NCBI GenBank assembly: GCA_046075565.1
Contig: JBJTQJ010000031.1
Coordinates: forward strand, 1 to 64,000
Direction: 5' to 3'
Source of the DNA: Verrucomicrobiales bacterium
GTDB taxonomy: Bacteria > Verrucomicrobiota > Verrucomicrobiia > Verrucomicrobiales > SLCJ01
Length of the DNA stretch: 64,000 nt
Each line of letters starts with the position of its first letter. Within the stretch, counting starts at the first letter, position 1. Shown piece by piece: positions 1-10,581 of the stretch. Position numbers and translations under genes: made by a program. The notes under the pieces were generated by a model that saw only the letters and a list, made by a program, of their open reading frames with translations, did no database searches and was not told where the DNA came from.

Positions 1-1412
1 ACGCGGGCCATCATGCCCATACGCGGGTTGGCAGCGAAAACATCGGCATAATCGGCGATGAAGGACCAATAGAGACCGTCCCAAGCCGGACACCACGGGC
101 CCTTTTTCCAGTCGCTCATTTTGAGGATGTAATTGGATCCGCAGAGGTAAGGCTTCGTGGTGAAGGTTCCGCCGTCGGCGAACTGGCTCATCGCATAGAC
201 ATTCGGGACCATCACCCAGTCGTAGGCGTCGGCGAATAGCTCCATGAACCAACGGTAAACCGCGTCCGGATGAATGCGGCAGAGCAGGAACATGGCACCG
301 AGGACCATGAGGCGTTCGATGTGATGGCACCAGCCGTGATCAAGGGTGCGGCGGATCGCTAGATCCAAGGGCTGGATTCCGGTTTCTCCGGTGTAGAAGG
401 CTCGTGGCATGGGTCGGTCGAATCCCCAGAAGTTGCGCGTGCGCATCGCGGTGCCATTCCGGTGATACTGGGCGCGAATGAATTCCCGCCATCCGATGAT
501 CTGGCGGATGAATCCTTCGAGGGCATTGAGAGGAATGGATCTTTCGCGAGCAACGGCCAGGGTGCGTTCAACGACCAGGGCGGGCGGTAACAAACCGGCA
601 TTCATCATCGGGGTGAGTTGTCCATGAAAAAGGACACGCTCGCGGGTATGGATGGCGTCCTCGTAATCACCGAATTGTCCGAGCCGCTGGTCGAGAAAGT
701 CATCGAGCCAACGCAACGCGCCGCTTGGAGTGATTGGCCATGGCATGCCCTCCGCAGTCCCGAAGGCGTGGGGAAATTTTTCGCGCACGCGGCGGATCTC
801 TTCCGGCATCCACGATGGGTGGTCGTTGGCAATGGGATCCACGGGGACGCGATGACCAGCCGGCAGGCGTTTGCGGTTTTCCTCATCGAAGCTCCAGCGT
901 CCGCCCGTCGGCTGACCGTGATCATCAACGAGGATGCCGAGGCGGCGGCGCTGGGCAGTGTAGAAGTCGGCCATGATCACACGTTTCTTCGAGGCAAAGA
1001 AACGATCGGTCCAATCGCGGGGCGTGAGGAAAAGCGGCGATGGATGGAAGATCAATTCGACACCCTGGCGATCCGCCCAGCGGCGCAGTCGTTTTTCGAG
1101 GAGAAAGTCATCGGGTTCACACAGGTGGGCGGCACGGAGACCGGGAAATGCGCGGGCGAGCAACTCGTCGGTGCGCAGGCCGGGCTCCCAGGCCACGCGG
1201 AGGACCTGATAACCGTCGGCGCGCAGGCGTTCCTCAAAGGCCCGCATTGTGGCCAGATGGTAGAGAAGTTTTTTCGCATGGAATTCGAACCCAACTTCCG
1301 GGTCGCCGAGAACCAGGGGATCTTCGACAAGGATAATCGGTCGCCCCGGATGCAGGGCGGGGGACTCCGGAAAGAGATGATGGGGAAAAACGAGACTGGC
1401 CTGGGTGATCAT
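1..1412 (-). CDS. Cryptochrome/photolyase family protein (bacterial (6-4) photolyase-like); 3' end runs off the window
   Basis: Not in the ORF track (no stop in the window). Manual translation starts MITQASLVFPHHLF at ATG 1412 and contains GWCHHIERLMVLG and WVMVPNVYAMSQFADGGTFTTKPYLCGSNYILKMSDW, motifs of PhrB/CryB-type photolyases. Confidence 0.9.
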   Translation of the reverse strand, partial: MITQASLVFPHHLFPESPALHPGRPIILVEDPLVLGDPEVGFEFHAKKLLYHLATMRAFEERLRADGYQVLRVAWEPGLRTDELLARAFPGLRAAHLCEPDDFLLEKRLRRWADRQGVELIFHPSPLFLTPRDWTDRFFASKKRVIMADFYTAQRRRLGILVDDHGQPTGGRWSFDEENRKRLPAGHRVPVDPIANDHPSWMPEEIRRVREKFPHAFGTAEGMPWPITPSGALRWLDDFLDQRLGQFGDYEDAIHTRERVLFHGQLTPMMNAGLLPPALVVERTLAVARERSIPLNALEGFIRQIIGWREFIRAQYHRNGTAMRTRNFWGFDRPMPRAFYTGETGIQPLDLAIRRTLDHGWCHHIERLMVLGAMFLLCRIHPDAVYRWFMELFADAYDWVMVPNVYAMSQFADGGTFTTKPYLCGSNYILKMSDWKKGPWCPAWDGLYWSFIADYADVFAANPRMGMMAR

Positions 1413-1511
1413 GCTGGAGCGATACGCTCGTCGGCGTCGTTGCGGTCGGTCCGGTGCTTGCATTGGCGGCGAATCGGGTGAACTTTCCGAGAAAAAGCAG
1501 GAGAATCAACC

Positions 1512-1979
1512 ATGCAGCTTGCCCATTTGCTCACCACCGACCAGATCGTTCCGGCCATGGAGGCCACGGATCATTGGCCGGCCATTGTCGAACTGGTGGA
1601 CCACCTGCATCGGCAGGATATGCTATTTCCCGAAAACCGCGAGAGTGTGCTTGAAGCCCTGAAGACGAGGGAGGAATTCACTTCCACGGGCATTGGCTCG
1701 GGGGTCGCGATTCCCCATGCGTTTTCGGAAAAACTCGACCGACTGATCGCAGTCTTCGGGCGCTCGCGGGAAGGCATCGCCTTCGACGCGGTGGACAGCC
1801 ATCCGGTGCACTTCGTGATTTTGTTTTTAGTGCCCAAAGAGGAATACCAATTGCACTTGCAAACACTCGCCGCGATCGCGCGCATGTTCACGAATGCGCG
1901 GGTGCTCGAGGAACTGGCCGCCGCGCCCGATGCGGAAAGTATCCTCGCCATCCTCTCGCAACGCACCGGGCGGACGTAG
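1512..1979 (+). CDS. PTS EIIA component (fructose/mannitol/Ntr family, PtsN-like)
   Basis: Signature REEFTSTGIGSGVAIPHA with the phospho-His; FDAVDSHPVHFVILFL; GGAG RBS upstream. Confidence 0.92.
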   Translation: MQLAHLLTTDQIVPAMEATDHWPAIVELVDHLHRQDMLFPENRESVLEALKTREEFTSTGIGSGVAIPHAFSEKLDRLIAVFGRSREGIAFDAVDSHPVHFVILFLVPKEEYQLHLQTLAAIARMFTNARVLEELAAAPDAESILAILSQRTGRT

Positions 1980-2040
1980 TTTCCTTCTTCGCGTGCCGCA
2001 CCTTTGGTGCGACGGGAAATATCGGAATCATGAAACCGAG

Positions 2041-2277
2041 CTACCGCGGGGCAACGGCGTTCCTGAGCCTCTGGTGGATGGCCGATGGGATCTCATTTGA
2101 AAATGTCACCCGGCCGATCTTATCGATCCAGATTTCGCCTTCGAGAACCCCGTTTGCCGACGCGATGCTGTGGATGTCACGCAAGACACTACCGGCAATC
2201 TTCCCCTTCACGCATGACGCCGAAGCGCCGTGGATCTGGATGGCGTATTCGGAGAACATTCTGGAGAAGAACTTCAT
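2041..2277 (-). CDS. Small hypothetical protein, DUF3634-like
   Basis: 78 aa ending VTFSNEIPSAIHQRLRN, resembling the DUF3634 C-terminal motif; co-directional with and 24 nt downstream of the permease. Confidence 0.55.
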   Translation of the reverse strand: MKFFSRMFSEYAIQIHGASASCVKGKIAGSVLRDIHSIASANGVLEGEIWIDKIGRVTFSNEIPSAIHQRLRNAVAPR

Positions 2278-2300
2278 CTTCGAACGAGGCAGCGGTCATT

Positions 2301-4241
2301 TCACGCTTCCTTGCGATCATAGACGAGCAAGGTGCGCCATCCGTAGATGGCGATGAAGATGAAACAGACGAGCGGGAGCAGGAAGGAGGCGCGCACGCTG
2401 GAGAGTTCGACGAAGCCGAGATCAAATGGCGGCATGTCGAGCACCTTGCCCTGCAGCATCGGGAGGAGGCAGCCGCCGCCGATGGCAAGGATGAGGCCGG
2501 AGGAGGCCAGTTTGGCGTCGTCGCCGAGTCCTTTGAGCGCGATGCCGTAAATGGTCGGGAACATGAGTGACATGCATGCGGAGACGGCGATGAGGCAGTA
2601 GAATCCCGGATAGCCGTGGATAAACACCGTTCCGGCGGTGAAGGCGATGCCGCCCATGGCGAGCAGACCGAGCAGCAGGCCGGGGGAAATGTAGTGGAGC
2701 AGGAAGGTGCAGATGAAGCGACTGGAAACGAAGATGATCATGGCGAGGATGTTGCAGTTCTGCGCCGTGGTCTTGGAGATACCGAGTTCGAGTTCGGCAT
2801 ACTGGATGATGAACGTCCAGCACATGATTTGTGCGCCGACATAGAAGGTCTGGGCGAGCACACCTTCCCAATAACGCGGACGGGAGAGCAGCCGCCGGAG
2901 GGTGGGGCCGATGTGCAGCTCGCTGCCGCCTTCCTGATGTTTGCCGGCGGGGAGTTTCCAAGCGAAGAGGCCGAAGATACCGAGCAGCACGAAACCCATG
3001 ATGGCGTAGGGCCCGACAACGGTGGAGAGGTCTTTTTCCCGGACGTCGGCGAATTGTTTGCCGAGGGCGGCGTAGTGGGGTGTCAGCTTTTCCGCCGGCA
3101 CGGTGGCGATGGCCTGCTTCGCGGCCTCGGATTCTTTTTTCACACTATCGAGCAGCGAAACGATCATCGAGGGATCGGCTTTTGCGGCATCCGCTTTCTT
3201 GCCGAGAGATTCGTAGATGCCCGCCGTGAGGTCGCGCAACTGGGTCGAGGGAGCGGTGGCATTTTTCAGCGCGGAAATGGTGTTGGTGTAGCCTGTCTCG
3301 TTGGTGATGAATTTCGATTCCTCATGCAGAAGCCCGGCGAGTTGCATGCCTCCCGGGCCGTCGAAAAGCTCCTGTTGTTCCTTTTCCGCCGGTGTGGGCA
3401 CAAGCGGTTCGCGCAGTTGCAGCACGATGGCAACAGAGCGGACGGCGACGTCGAATTTGTTTTCGGCGGGTTGTTGGGCGAGGGCCGTGCTGATGGCGGC
3501 GATACGGTCAGCCTTCGGATCGGCGGTGAGCGCGACATCGGAGGCAATGGCAGCAGCCTGCTCCTTGGCCTTTTTGGCGAGGCGCTTTTTCGTCTCCCAA
3601 CCGGGCTCGGCGATGGTTTTTCCAAGGGCCGCGATGTCGCCGGAGATTTTTTCCGTCATTTGCGCGTGCACGGATTTTTGATCCACGGAGGCGGCGACCA
3701 TTTTGCGGCGGCTGTCTTCGGTCGTGCCGTCGAGATTCACCAGGATGATCATGCTGGCCACGAACATTCCGACAATGGAGCCCATGGGATTGAAGGCCTG
3801 GGCGAGATTGAGGCGGCGGGTCGAGGTGCTCTCGTCGCCCATGGAGAGGATGTAGGGATTGGCGGTTGTTTCCAGAAACGACAACCCGCTGGTCATGATG
3901 AGGTAGGCGAGCAGGAACGGGTAGAAATTGAGCGACCACCCGGCGGGAAGGAAAAGCAGACAACCAATCGCGTAGAGGGCAAGGCCCAAGAGAATCCCGC
4001 TTCTATAAGAGAATTTTTTGATGAAGATGGCGGCGGGGATGGCCATGAGGGCGTAGCCGCCGTAGAAGGCTCCTTGCACGAGCGAACTCTCGAAGTTTGT
4101 CAGGAGCAGGATGTTCTTGAATGCCGCGACCATCGGGTTGGTGATGTCGTTGGCGAAGCCCCAGAGGGGAAACAACACGGTCACAAGAATGAAGGGAACA
4201 AGCAGGCTCTTCGGGACGACGGGCGCATTGGGCTGGCTCAT
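2301..4241 (-). CDS. FucP-family (fucose:H+ symporter-like) MFS permease with a large loop insertion
   Basis: LFPLWGFANDITNPMV, LSFLETTANPY, RRLNLAQAFNPMG, AQTFYVGAQI, MSLMFPTIYG; start chosen at MSQPN (4241). Confidence 0.88.
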   Translation of the reverse strand: MSQPNAPVVPKSLLVPFILVTVLFPLWGFANDITNPMVAAFKNILLLTNFESSLVQGAFYGGYALMAIPAAIFIKKFSYRSGILLGLALYAIGCLLFLPAGWSLNFYPFLLAYLIMTSGLSFLETTANPYILSMGDESTSTRRLNLAQAFNPMGSIVGMFVASMIILVNLDGTTEDSRRKMVAASVDQKSVHAQMTEKISGDIAALGKTIAEPGWETKKRLAKKAKEQAAAIASDVALTADPKADRIAAISTALAQQPAENKFDVAVRSVAIVLQLREPLVPTPAEKEQQELFDGPGGMQLAGLLHEESKFITNETGYTNTISALKNATAPSTQLRDLTAGIYESLGKKADAAKADPSMIVSLLDSVKKESEAAKQAIATVPAEKLTPHYAALGKQFADVREKDLSTVVGPYAIMGFVLLGIFGLFAWKLPAGKHQEGGSELHIGPTLRRLLSRPRYWEGVLAQTFYVGAQIMCWTFIIQYAELELGISKTTAQNCNILAMIIFVSSRFICTFLLHYISPGLLLGLLAMGGIAFTAGTVFIHGYPGFYCLIAVSACMSLMFPTIYGIALKGLGDDAKLASSGLILAIGGGCLLPMLQGKVLDMPPFDLGFVELSSVRASFLLPLVCFIFIAIYGWRTLLVYDRKEA

Positions 4242-4527
4242 GGTAGGTGCGGGCTGGGAATGGGAACTGGGGATCCCCGCGGCGCGGGTGTCGTTAGGTT
4301 GCACAATGGCCGTCACAATTGCAACAAGGATTCTGGTGCAGCGCGTCTATCGCACACCGTTGCTACTGCGATGTGGCCATGCCCGCTTTAGCGGCGGCGC
4401 ATTTGCATGCTGCTCAGGCAATGTGTTCCTTGTCCGGGGAAATCCCCCGGCGGGAGAGGGCGACGCCCCGGAGTGGGGCGCATAAAATCGAAATCATCCC
4501 CGCAATCGGGGCCGGGCACCTGGCCCG

Positions 4528-4812
4528 TCAGTCCACGAGATTGTCGATGCGGGCGGCGACATCGAAGTCCGACTTGGTCAAACCGCCGAGGTCGTGCGTG
4601 GTGAGCGTAAGCAGGACGGTGTTGAATCGGATGTCCATATCCGGGTGATGCTGGGCTTCTTCCGCGATTTCCGCTACGCTATTGACGAAGTCGATGGCCT
4701 CCATGAATTCGTCGAATTCGAAGGTGCGGGAAATGTTGTCGCCGTCGATTTCCCATTCGGGGACTTTTTTGGCGAAGTTGTCGAGGTTGGAAGGATCGAT
4801 GAGGTCGGCCAT
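4528..4812 (-). CDS. phhB: Pterin-4a-carbinolamine dehydratase
   Basis: AEEAQHHPDMDIRFNTV...LTTHDLGGLTKSDFDVAARID family motif. Confidence 0.93.
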   Translation of the reverse strand: MADLIDPSNLDNFAKKVPEWEIDGDNISRTFEFDEFMEAIDFVNSVAEIAEEAQHHPDMDIRFNTVLLTLTTHDLGGLTKSDFDVAARIDNLVD

Positions 4813-4982
4813 GGTCGGGTTGCTTCGGGGTGGGGGAAAATTCGTTCTTGGCGTCTCCGTTATGGGTCGAAACCGGCAGAATGCAAGAGGAACTTTCATT
4901 TTTTTTCAGGAGAGAGGGGGGAGAAATCGAAGTTGAAACGACGACGGGTCCGCGCTAGCGGTTGCGGTTGAAGTAGAAAAGC

Positions 4983-5864
4983 ATGAGATCCGCCCACCCA
5001 TCCGCCCCCCTGACCGGCCCGGACGCCCAGTCCTCGCTGGAGAATTTCCTTGATCTGCATGCCCGGAAGGTGGTCATCGCGCTGGCGATTGTGCTGGCCA
5101 TCGTGGCGATCGGCGTGACCATGCACCTGCGGAAGAAAAACTTCGAAACCGAGGCGGGAGCTGCCCTCGTGGCGGCCACGGATTTGGATGCCCTGAAAAA
5201 ATTGACCCAGGATTTCCAAGGGACACCGGCCGCGAAGACCGCCTCTCTATTCATGGCGGATCGCCAACTTGAGGCGGGCGATGCCCAAGCCGCAGCGGAG
5301 ACCCTCCGGGGTTTCATCAGCGCCAATGCCGATCATCCATTGGTCTCCCAAGCCCGTCTGGCTCTGGCCACCGCCCTTGTCAGACAAGGCAAACCCGACG
5401 AAGCGAATGGCGAGTTGGCCGCATTCCTCACGGCTTCCCCGACATCCCCTCTGGCTCCGCTGGCCATGATTCAGCAGGCCGAATTGGCCGAGCAAAAGGG
5501 AGATCTCGAGGGCGCGCGCAAACTTTACGAGCAAGTGACCGCAGGTTTCCCGGATTCCCAGTTTGCCGAGATGGTCAAAATGCAGAACCGCATCGACCGG
5601 GTGGGATTTGTCATGCCGACAGAAGTCGATCCGCCACCTCCGCCCCCAGCCCCCGCTCCCGACCAAGGGCCGAAGCCCGCGGGTGAAACCGGCGGCTCGC
5701 TGCTCGAAGGCGATGGGCCAATCCCTCTTCCCGGCAGCACGCCGAACCCGGCGCTCCCGACCCCGCCTGCTGAAGGAACCGCAGAACCGACTGTCGAGCC
5801 GGTCGCTCCGGAAACGCCCGCCCCGCCCGCTCCGCCCGCCCCGATCCCCCAACCCGAGCCATGA
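4983..5864 (+). CDS. Membrane-anchored TPR protein (YfgM-like) with Pro-rich C-terminal tail
   Basis: Single N-terminal TM, TPR-like helices (HPLVSQARLALA, SPLAPLAMIQQA, FPDSQFA), Pro/Ala-rich tail. Confidence 0.75.
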   Translation: MRSAHPSAPLTGPDAQSSLENFLDLHARKVVIALAIVLAIVAIGVTMHLRKKNFETEAGAALVAATDLDALKKLTQDFQGTPAAKTASLFMADRQLEAGDAQAAAETLRGFISANADHPLVSQARLALATALVRQGKPDEANGELAAFLTASPTSPLAPLAMIQQAELAEQKGDLEGARKLYEQVTAGFPDSQFAEMVKMQNRIDRVGFVMPTEVDPPPPPPAPAPDQGPKPAGETGGSLLEGDGPIPLPGSTPNPALPTPPAEGTAEPTVEPVAPETPAPPAPPAPIPQPEP

Positions 5865-5939
5865 CCTCCGCGACCGGGATGTCCTGATTTCCTCACGCAT
5901 GAGCCCAAAGACAATTTCCTCAATTCAACCAGCACATCC

Positions 5940-7226
5940 ATGATTCGCAATTTAAGAGCACTGGCGGCGGAAGGCCGGAGTATCAAAGTCGGGATCATCG
6001 GCTGCGGAGCCATGGGTTCCGGGGTCGCTTGGCAGGTCGCCCGCACGCCGGGCATGGAGGTCGCCTTTCTCGGCGACTTGAACCCGAACGCGCTCAGCGA
6101 AACGGCAAAATTGACGGGGAACCCTGAAGTGGTGGTGGAGAATCCCGCCAGCCCACCCGATCGCAAGGCCGGAGAAGTGCTCACCACGACCGACCCGCTC
6201 GCGTTGCTGAAATCCGTGAAAATCGACGCCTTGGTCGAGTGCACGAATTCGATCCACGAGGCATTCCATTTTTGCCGCGCGGCCATCGCGCAAAAGGCGC
6301 ATGTGATCCTGATGAATGCCGAAGTGGACCTGGTTTTTGGTCCTCTGCTGGCCCATGAGGCGCGCCAGCAGGGGGTCGTCGTCACATCCGATGCGGGCGA
6401 TCAGCACGGCGTGCTGGCCACCATGGCCGATGAAATCCAGCTCTGGGGATTCCGCATCGTGCAGGCCGGGAACATGAAAGGTTTCCTTTACCGCCATGCC
6501 GACGCCGACCACGCGCGCCCATGGGCCGAAAAACAAAAGGGCAGCGTGATCCAGACGGTCAGCTACACCGACGGCTCGAAGATGAACATCGAGCAGGCCC
6601 TCATCGGCAACTACCTCGGGCTTACGCCCATCAAACCGGGCATGGAAGGTCCGAAAATTTCCGATATCCGCGATGTGCTTGATGCCTTTGATTTCGGCAA
6701 ATATGGCGAACAGGGCCGGGTGGATTTCACCGAAGGTGTGGGCTGGCCCGGCGGTGGCGTGTATATCGTCGGTTATTGCGATGACGACCGGCAGGATTTC
6801 CTGCTCAATTACTACAAGGTCACGGCCAAGCGCCCCTACTACCTGTTCTTCCGGCCTTACCACCTCTGCCATGTCGAGACACCGCGGGCGCTTGCCCAGT
6901 GTTATTTCTATGGCCGCGCGGTGATCGAGCCGCCAAGCACCCGCCTGAACGACGTTTACGCCTACGCGAAAAAGGATTTGAAGCCGGGGGACACCATCCA
7001 CCACGCGATTGGCGGCGACGAAATTTATTCGCTGGTGGATGAATGCTCCAGCGCCAAAGCGGCGAACCATGTGCCGGTTTACCTGCTCGAACCCATCGGT
7101 GGGAAAACCGCGACGGTGAAAAATGCCGTGGCGAAAGACCAGCCCCTGCGCATGAGCGATGTCGAGATTCCCTCGACGCCCTACCACGACCTGCTCGCCG
7201 AGCAGGCCCGCCTGCTCGGCTGCTGA
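5940..7226 (+). CDS. Homoserine-dehydrogenase-like NAD(P)-dependent oxidoreductase with C-terminal SAF domain
   Basis: Rossmann GIIGCGAMG, MNAEVD...GP, GDQHG, DGSK, RPYHLCHVE, and SAF-type AYAKKDLKPG. Confidence 0.8.
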   Translation: MIRNLRALAAEGRSIKVGIIGCGAMGSGVAWQVARTPGMEVAFLGDLNPNALSETAKLTGNPEVVVENPASPPDRKAGEVLTTTDPLALLKSVKIDALVECTNSIHEAFHFCRAAIAQKAHVILMNAEVDLVFGPLLAHEARQQGVVVTSDAGDQHGVLATMADEIQLWGFRIVQAGNMKGFLYRHADADHARPWAEKQKGSVIQTVSYTDGSKMNIEQALIGNYLGLTPIKPGMEGPKISDIRDVLDAFDFGKYGEQGRVDFTEGVGWPGGGVYIVGYCDDDRQDFLLNYYKVTAKRPYYLFFRPYHLCHVETPRALAQCYFYGRAVIEPPSTRLNDVYAYAKKDLKPGDTIHHAIGGDEIYSLVDECSSAKAANHVPVYLLEPIGGKTATVKNAVAKDQPLRMSDVEIPSTPYHDLLAEQARLLGC

Positions 7227-7310
7227 GCATATCTTCCGACCCGAAAAGCCGGATCTTTCCCGCGTGGTGCATTTCCTTGCTTGCGTTGAGGGCGGGGTTT
7301 GGGTAAATGA

Positions 7311-8054
<744 letters not shown>

Positions 8055-8145
8055 GCTGGGTCGCTTTCCGGAATCGTGGAAGAATTGCTGACTTCCCGGA
8101 AGAAGATCTGGCCACCGGGCGTTATAAATGGTAACATCCGCCGCC

Positions 8146-10563
8146 ATGAACCGAATTATTGCCACAATCGCCATCGTGTTCGTTCTGGGCTTGTCCCAGT
8201 GGCCGGTTATCGCCCAGGGGGGAGGTGACCCATTCGCCGCCCCCAAGATGGAAGAGAGGAAGCCGATGCCGAACCTCCTGCCTGGGGCCGGATGGATCGC
8301 ATTGGACGACGAGGGGAACCCCAAGGGCTGGCGCTTGAAGCATTGGCGGGGAAGCGAAGAATGGAAAGGCCAGGTGGTCAAGGAAGGCCCGAAAGGGGAA
8401 AACTGCTTCAAAGTATCGAGCGGGGAGATCACGAATAGCTGCTGGATCTCCCGCGAGATTGAGGTCAAGCCGAACACACGTTATGAGATCAGCGCGAGGA
8501 TTCGCACGGAAAACGTGGAGCCTGAAGATGGCGCCAAAGGGGCGGTGGTCGGCGTTTCTCCCATGCGTGAGTTCTCCCGGGCCTTGCAGGGCACCAATGA
8601 TTGGAAAAGAGTCTTTGGCCACTTCGAAACCGGAGAAGATGAGGACAAGGTGGAGGTCATGCTCTTGCTCGGGGGAGAAGGTCGGGCCAAAGGGACCGCT
8701 TGGTTTTCCGATGTTGCCCTGCGCGAAGCAAGGGGACCTGCCGAAGAAGAGGAGGAAGACGGCACCGAAGCAGACGACGCTCCGCCTCCACCGCCGCCAC
8801 CAACCTACCGCCGCCCTTCGTTTGAAGACCCGGTTTTTTCCGCCGAAGCACTGACACTCGATCGTGACCAGGTGCTCGCTCTCGCCGAAGATATCGCCAC
8901 TCTGGTGACCAATTGTGCGGATCATTCCGAAATTGCGGATCCTCTTTTCCAAGCCCAAGCCCTTGGGATCGCGCTGCGCCTCGATCCGCGCAATCGCACC
9001 GCCGTCGTCGCAAACGGGCAACTGTATCAAGGCCAGAAGCTCAAGCCCACGGGGAACAACCACAATCCGTATGACTACTGGACGCGGATCGACCAATGGG
9101 CGGAAAAGCTCCACTCCAGCGACGCCACCACCGATGACCAGGCACTCGGCCTTTACCTCGGGGATCTCGCCCGCCGCGTTCGCCCGGACCAGGGCTTTGC
9201 CACGAAATTTGCTGCCGCTCACCAAGGAGATTTGGCAGCGGCGTGGGCGCGTATCGTGCCTCCACCCGCCCCGCCGGTGGTGCCCGAGACTCCCCCGGAA
9301 GTCGCCGATAATACCAACCCCGGCGAGCAACCGGACCCTAACGAGACGGGATCGGAATCCAACAACTCCGGCACCGATACAGGAAATCCGGAGGCCGTCG
9401 CGGACAACGCGCGATACAAGATCCCGGATCGATTCCCCCTCCTGACCGCGAGCCTTTTTGTTCCGGTGCAAACGGGTGGCACCGAATCCCGCGCCGCCCT
9501 CCGCAAGGCCACGCTCACCTTCCGCGACTATGAATTTCACAGCTATTGGGATGACAGCGGCGAAAAGAAACGCCGCATTCCCCACTCCAATCAGGAGAAT
9601 ACTTATCTCGCTTTTGACGACAACTGGTATCGACTGCGTGATTCCTGGAATGACCGCGTTGCTCCGATGCTGGATCGCCGTTATGAAGGCTGGCCAAGAC
9701 GCGGGGTGGTTGACGTGGAAATTCCCTATTATCGTGGCAGTAGCGGTAGCATCGCCGTGCTCGCCGTGGGCATCTGCTTCGAAGCCATGGCCCGCGGTTT
9801 GACCCTCGACCCCAAGGTTGCCGCCGTCGGTTCTTGGGGAGAAGAGAAAGACTTTCGCGGCCACTCCCATTTGCCTGGCGTCGTGCTCGGATACGCGAAA
9901 GATTGGCCGGAGATTCTGATTGTCGGTCCCGGCTCGCGCAAGGATCTCGAAGCCCTGGCTGCTACGGGATTGGTCACCCCTTTCCTCTGCACACAAATCA
10001 TCGAGGTTTCGACATTCAGCGAGGCCGTGGCCATCGCGAGCGGCCAACCGCCGCCAGATATCAAGGCTTCCTTGGAAGCTTACCGCGCCATCATGGCCTT
10101 GCGCACGAAAATGGACCCGGGCGTGCTCGCCAAAAACCGCCATGTGCTGGATAAACTCCGCGAAGTCTCCTCCGCAAATTCCAAACACCTCTCTTCAGCA
10201 CTCTTGCTTAAGGCGGCCGAAAACCAAGCCCCACTCGACTTCGATGCCAGCGCGAAAATCGTTTTGAGGCTATTCCGCTCGCTCGAACAACTCGCCGAAA
10301 ACGATCTGGAGTGGGTCTCGCCGGAAGAAGGACAGAAGGCCATTGAGGTTTTTACAGAACGCATGCGCGAGTTCAAACCGCGTCTCGACCGTGGACTTGA
10401 TCGCTACCTCAGCAGACTGGACGACTGCACGAAGGCCCTGACCGAAGCCGCCCGCTTGCGCGACCGGGACACCGGCACCGCCTTGAATCGCGTGGAGAAT
10501 GCCCGGGAGCAAGTGCAGGCTTTCCGTCAAAGCCTGGATCTCGGCACGGCTGCCGGTCGTTGA
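8146..10563 (+). CDS. Exported multidomain protein: carbohydrate-binding (CBM4/9-like) N-domain, acidic/Pro linkers, degenerate Lon-C (S16)-like domain
   Basis: Signal peptide; VKPNTRYEISARIRTENV...GTNDW...GTAWFSDV typical of CBM4_9-like modules; Lon-C-like segment near 9700-10060. Confidence 0.6.
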   Translation: MNRIIATIAIVFVLGLSQWPVIAQGGGDPFAAPKMEERKPMPNLLPGAGWIALDDEGNPKGWRLKHWRGSEEWKGQVVKEGPKGENCFKVSSGEITNSCWISREIEVKPNTRYEISARIRTENVEPEDGAKGAVVGVSPMREFSRALQGTNDWKRVFGHFETGEDEDKVEVMLLLGGEGRAKGTAWFSDVALREARGPAEEEEEDGTEADDAPPPPPPPTYRRPSFEDPVFSAEALTLDRDQVLALAEDIATLVTNCADHSEIADPLFQAQALGIALRLDPRNRTAVVANGQLYQGQKLKPTGNNHNPYDYWTRIDQWAEKLHSSDATTDDQALGLYLGDLARRVRPDQGFATKFAAAHQGDLAAAWARIVPPPAPPVVPETPPEVADNTNPGEQPDPNETGSESNNSGTDTGNPEAVADNARYKIPDRFPLLTASLFVPVQTGGTESRAALRKATLTFRDYEFHSYWDDSGEKKRRIPHSNQENTYLAFDDNWYRLRDSWNDRVAPMLDRRYEGWPRRGVVDVEIPYYRGSSGSIAVLAVGICFEAMARGLTLDPKVAAVGSWGEEKDFRGHSHLPGVVLGYAKDWPEILIVGPGSRKDLEALAATGLVTPFLCTQIIEVSTFSEAVAIASGQPPPDIKASLEAYRAIMALRTKMDPGVLAKNRHVLDKLREVSSANSKHLSSALLLKAAENQAPLDFDASAKIVLRLFRSLEQLAENDLEWVSPEEGQKAIEVFTERMREFKPRLDRGLDRYLSRLDDCTKALTEAARLRDRDTGTALNRVENAREQVQAFRQSLDLGTAAGR

Positions 10564-10581
10564 TTCATATCCCCGCGCCGC

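Noticed and set aside
618-1481. 287-aa plus-strand ORF
   Set aside because: Antisense shadow of the photolyase gene
2616-4391. 591-aa plus-strand ORF
   Set aside because: Antisense shadow of the FucP-like permease; no motifs
8122-10188. 688-aa minus-strand ORF
   Set aside because: Antisense shadow of the 8146-10563 gene, as expected at high GC
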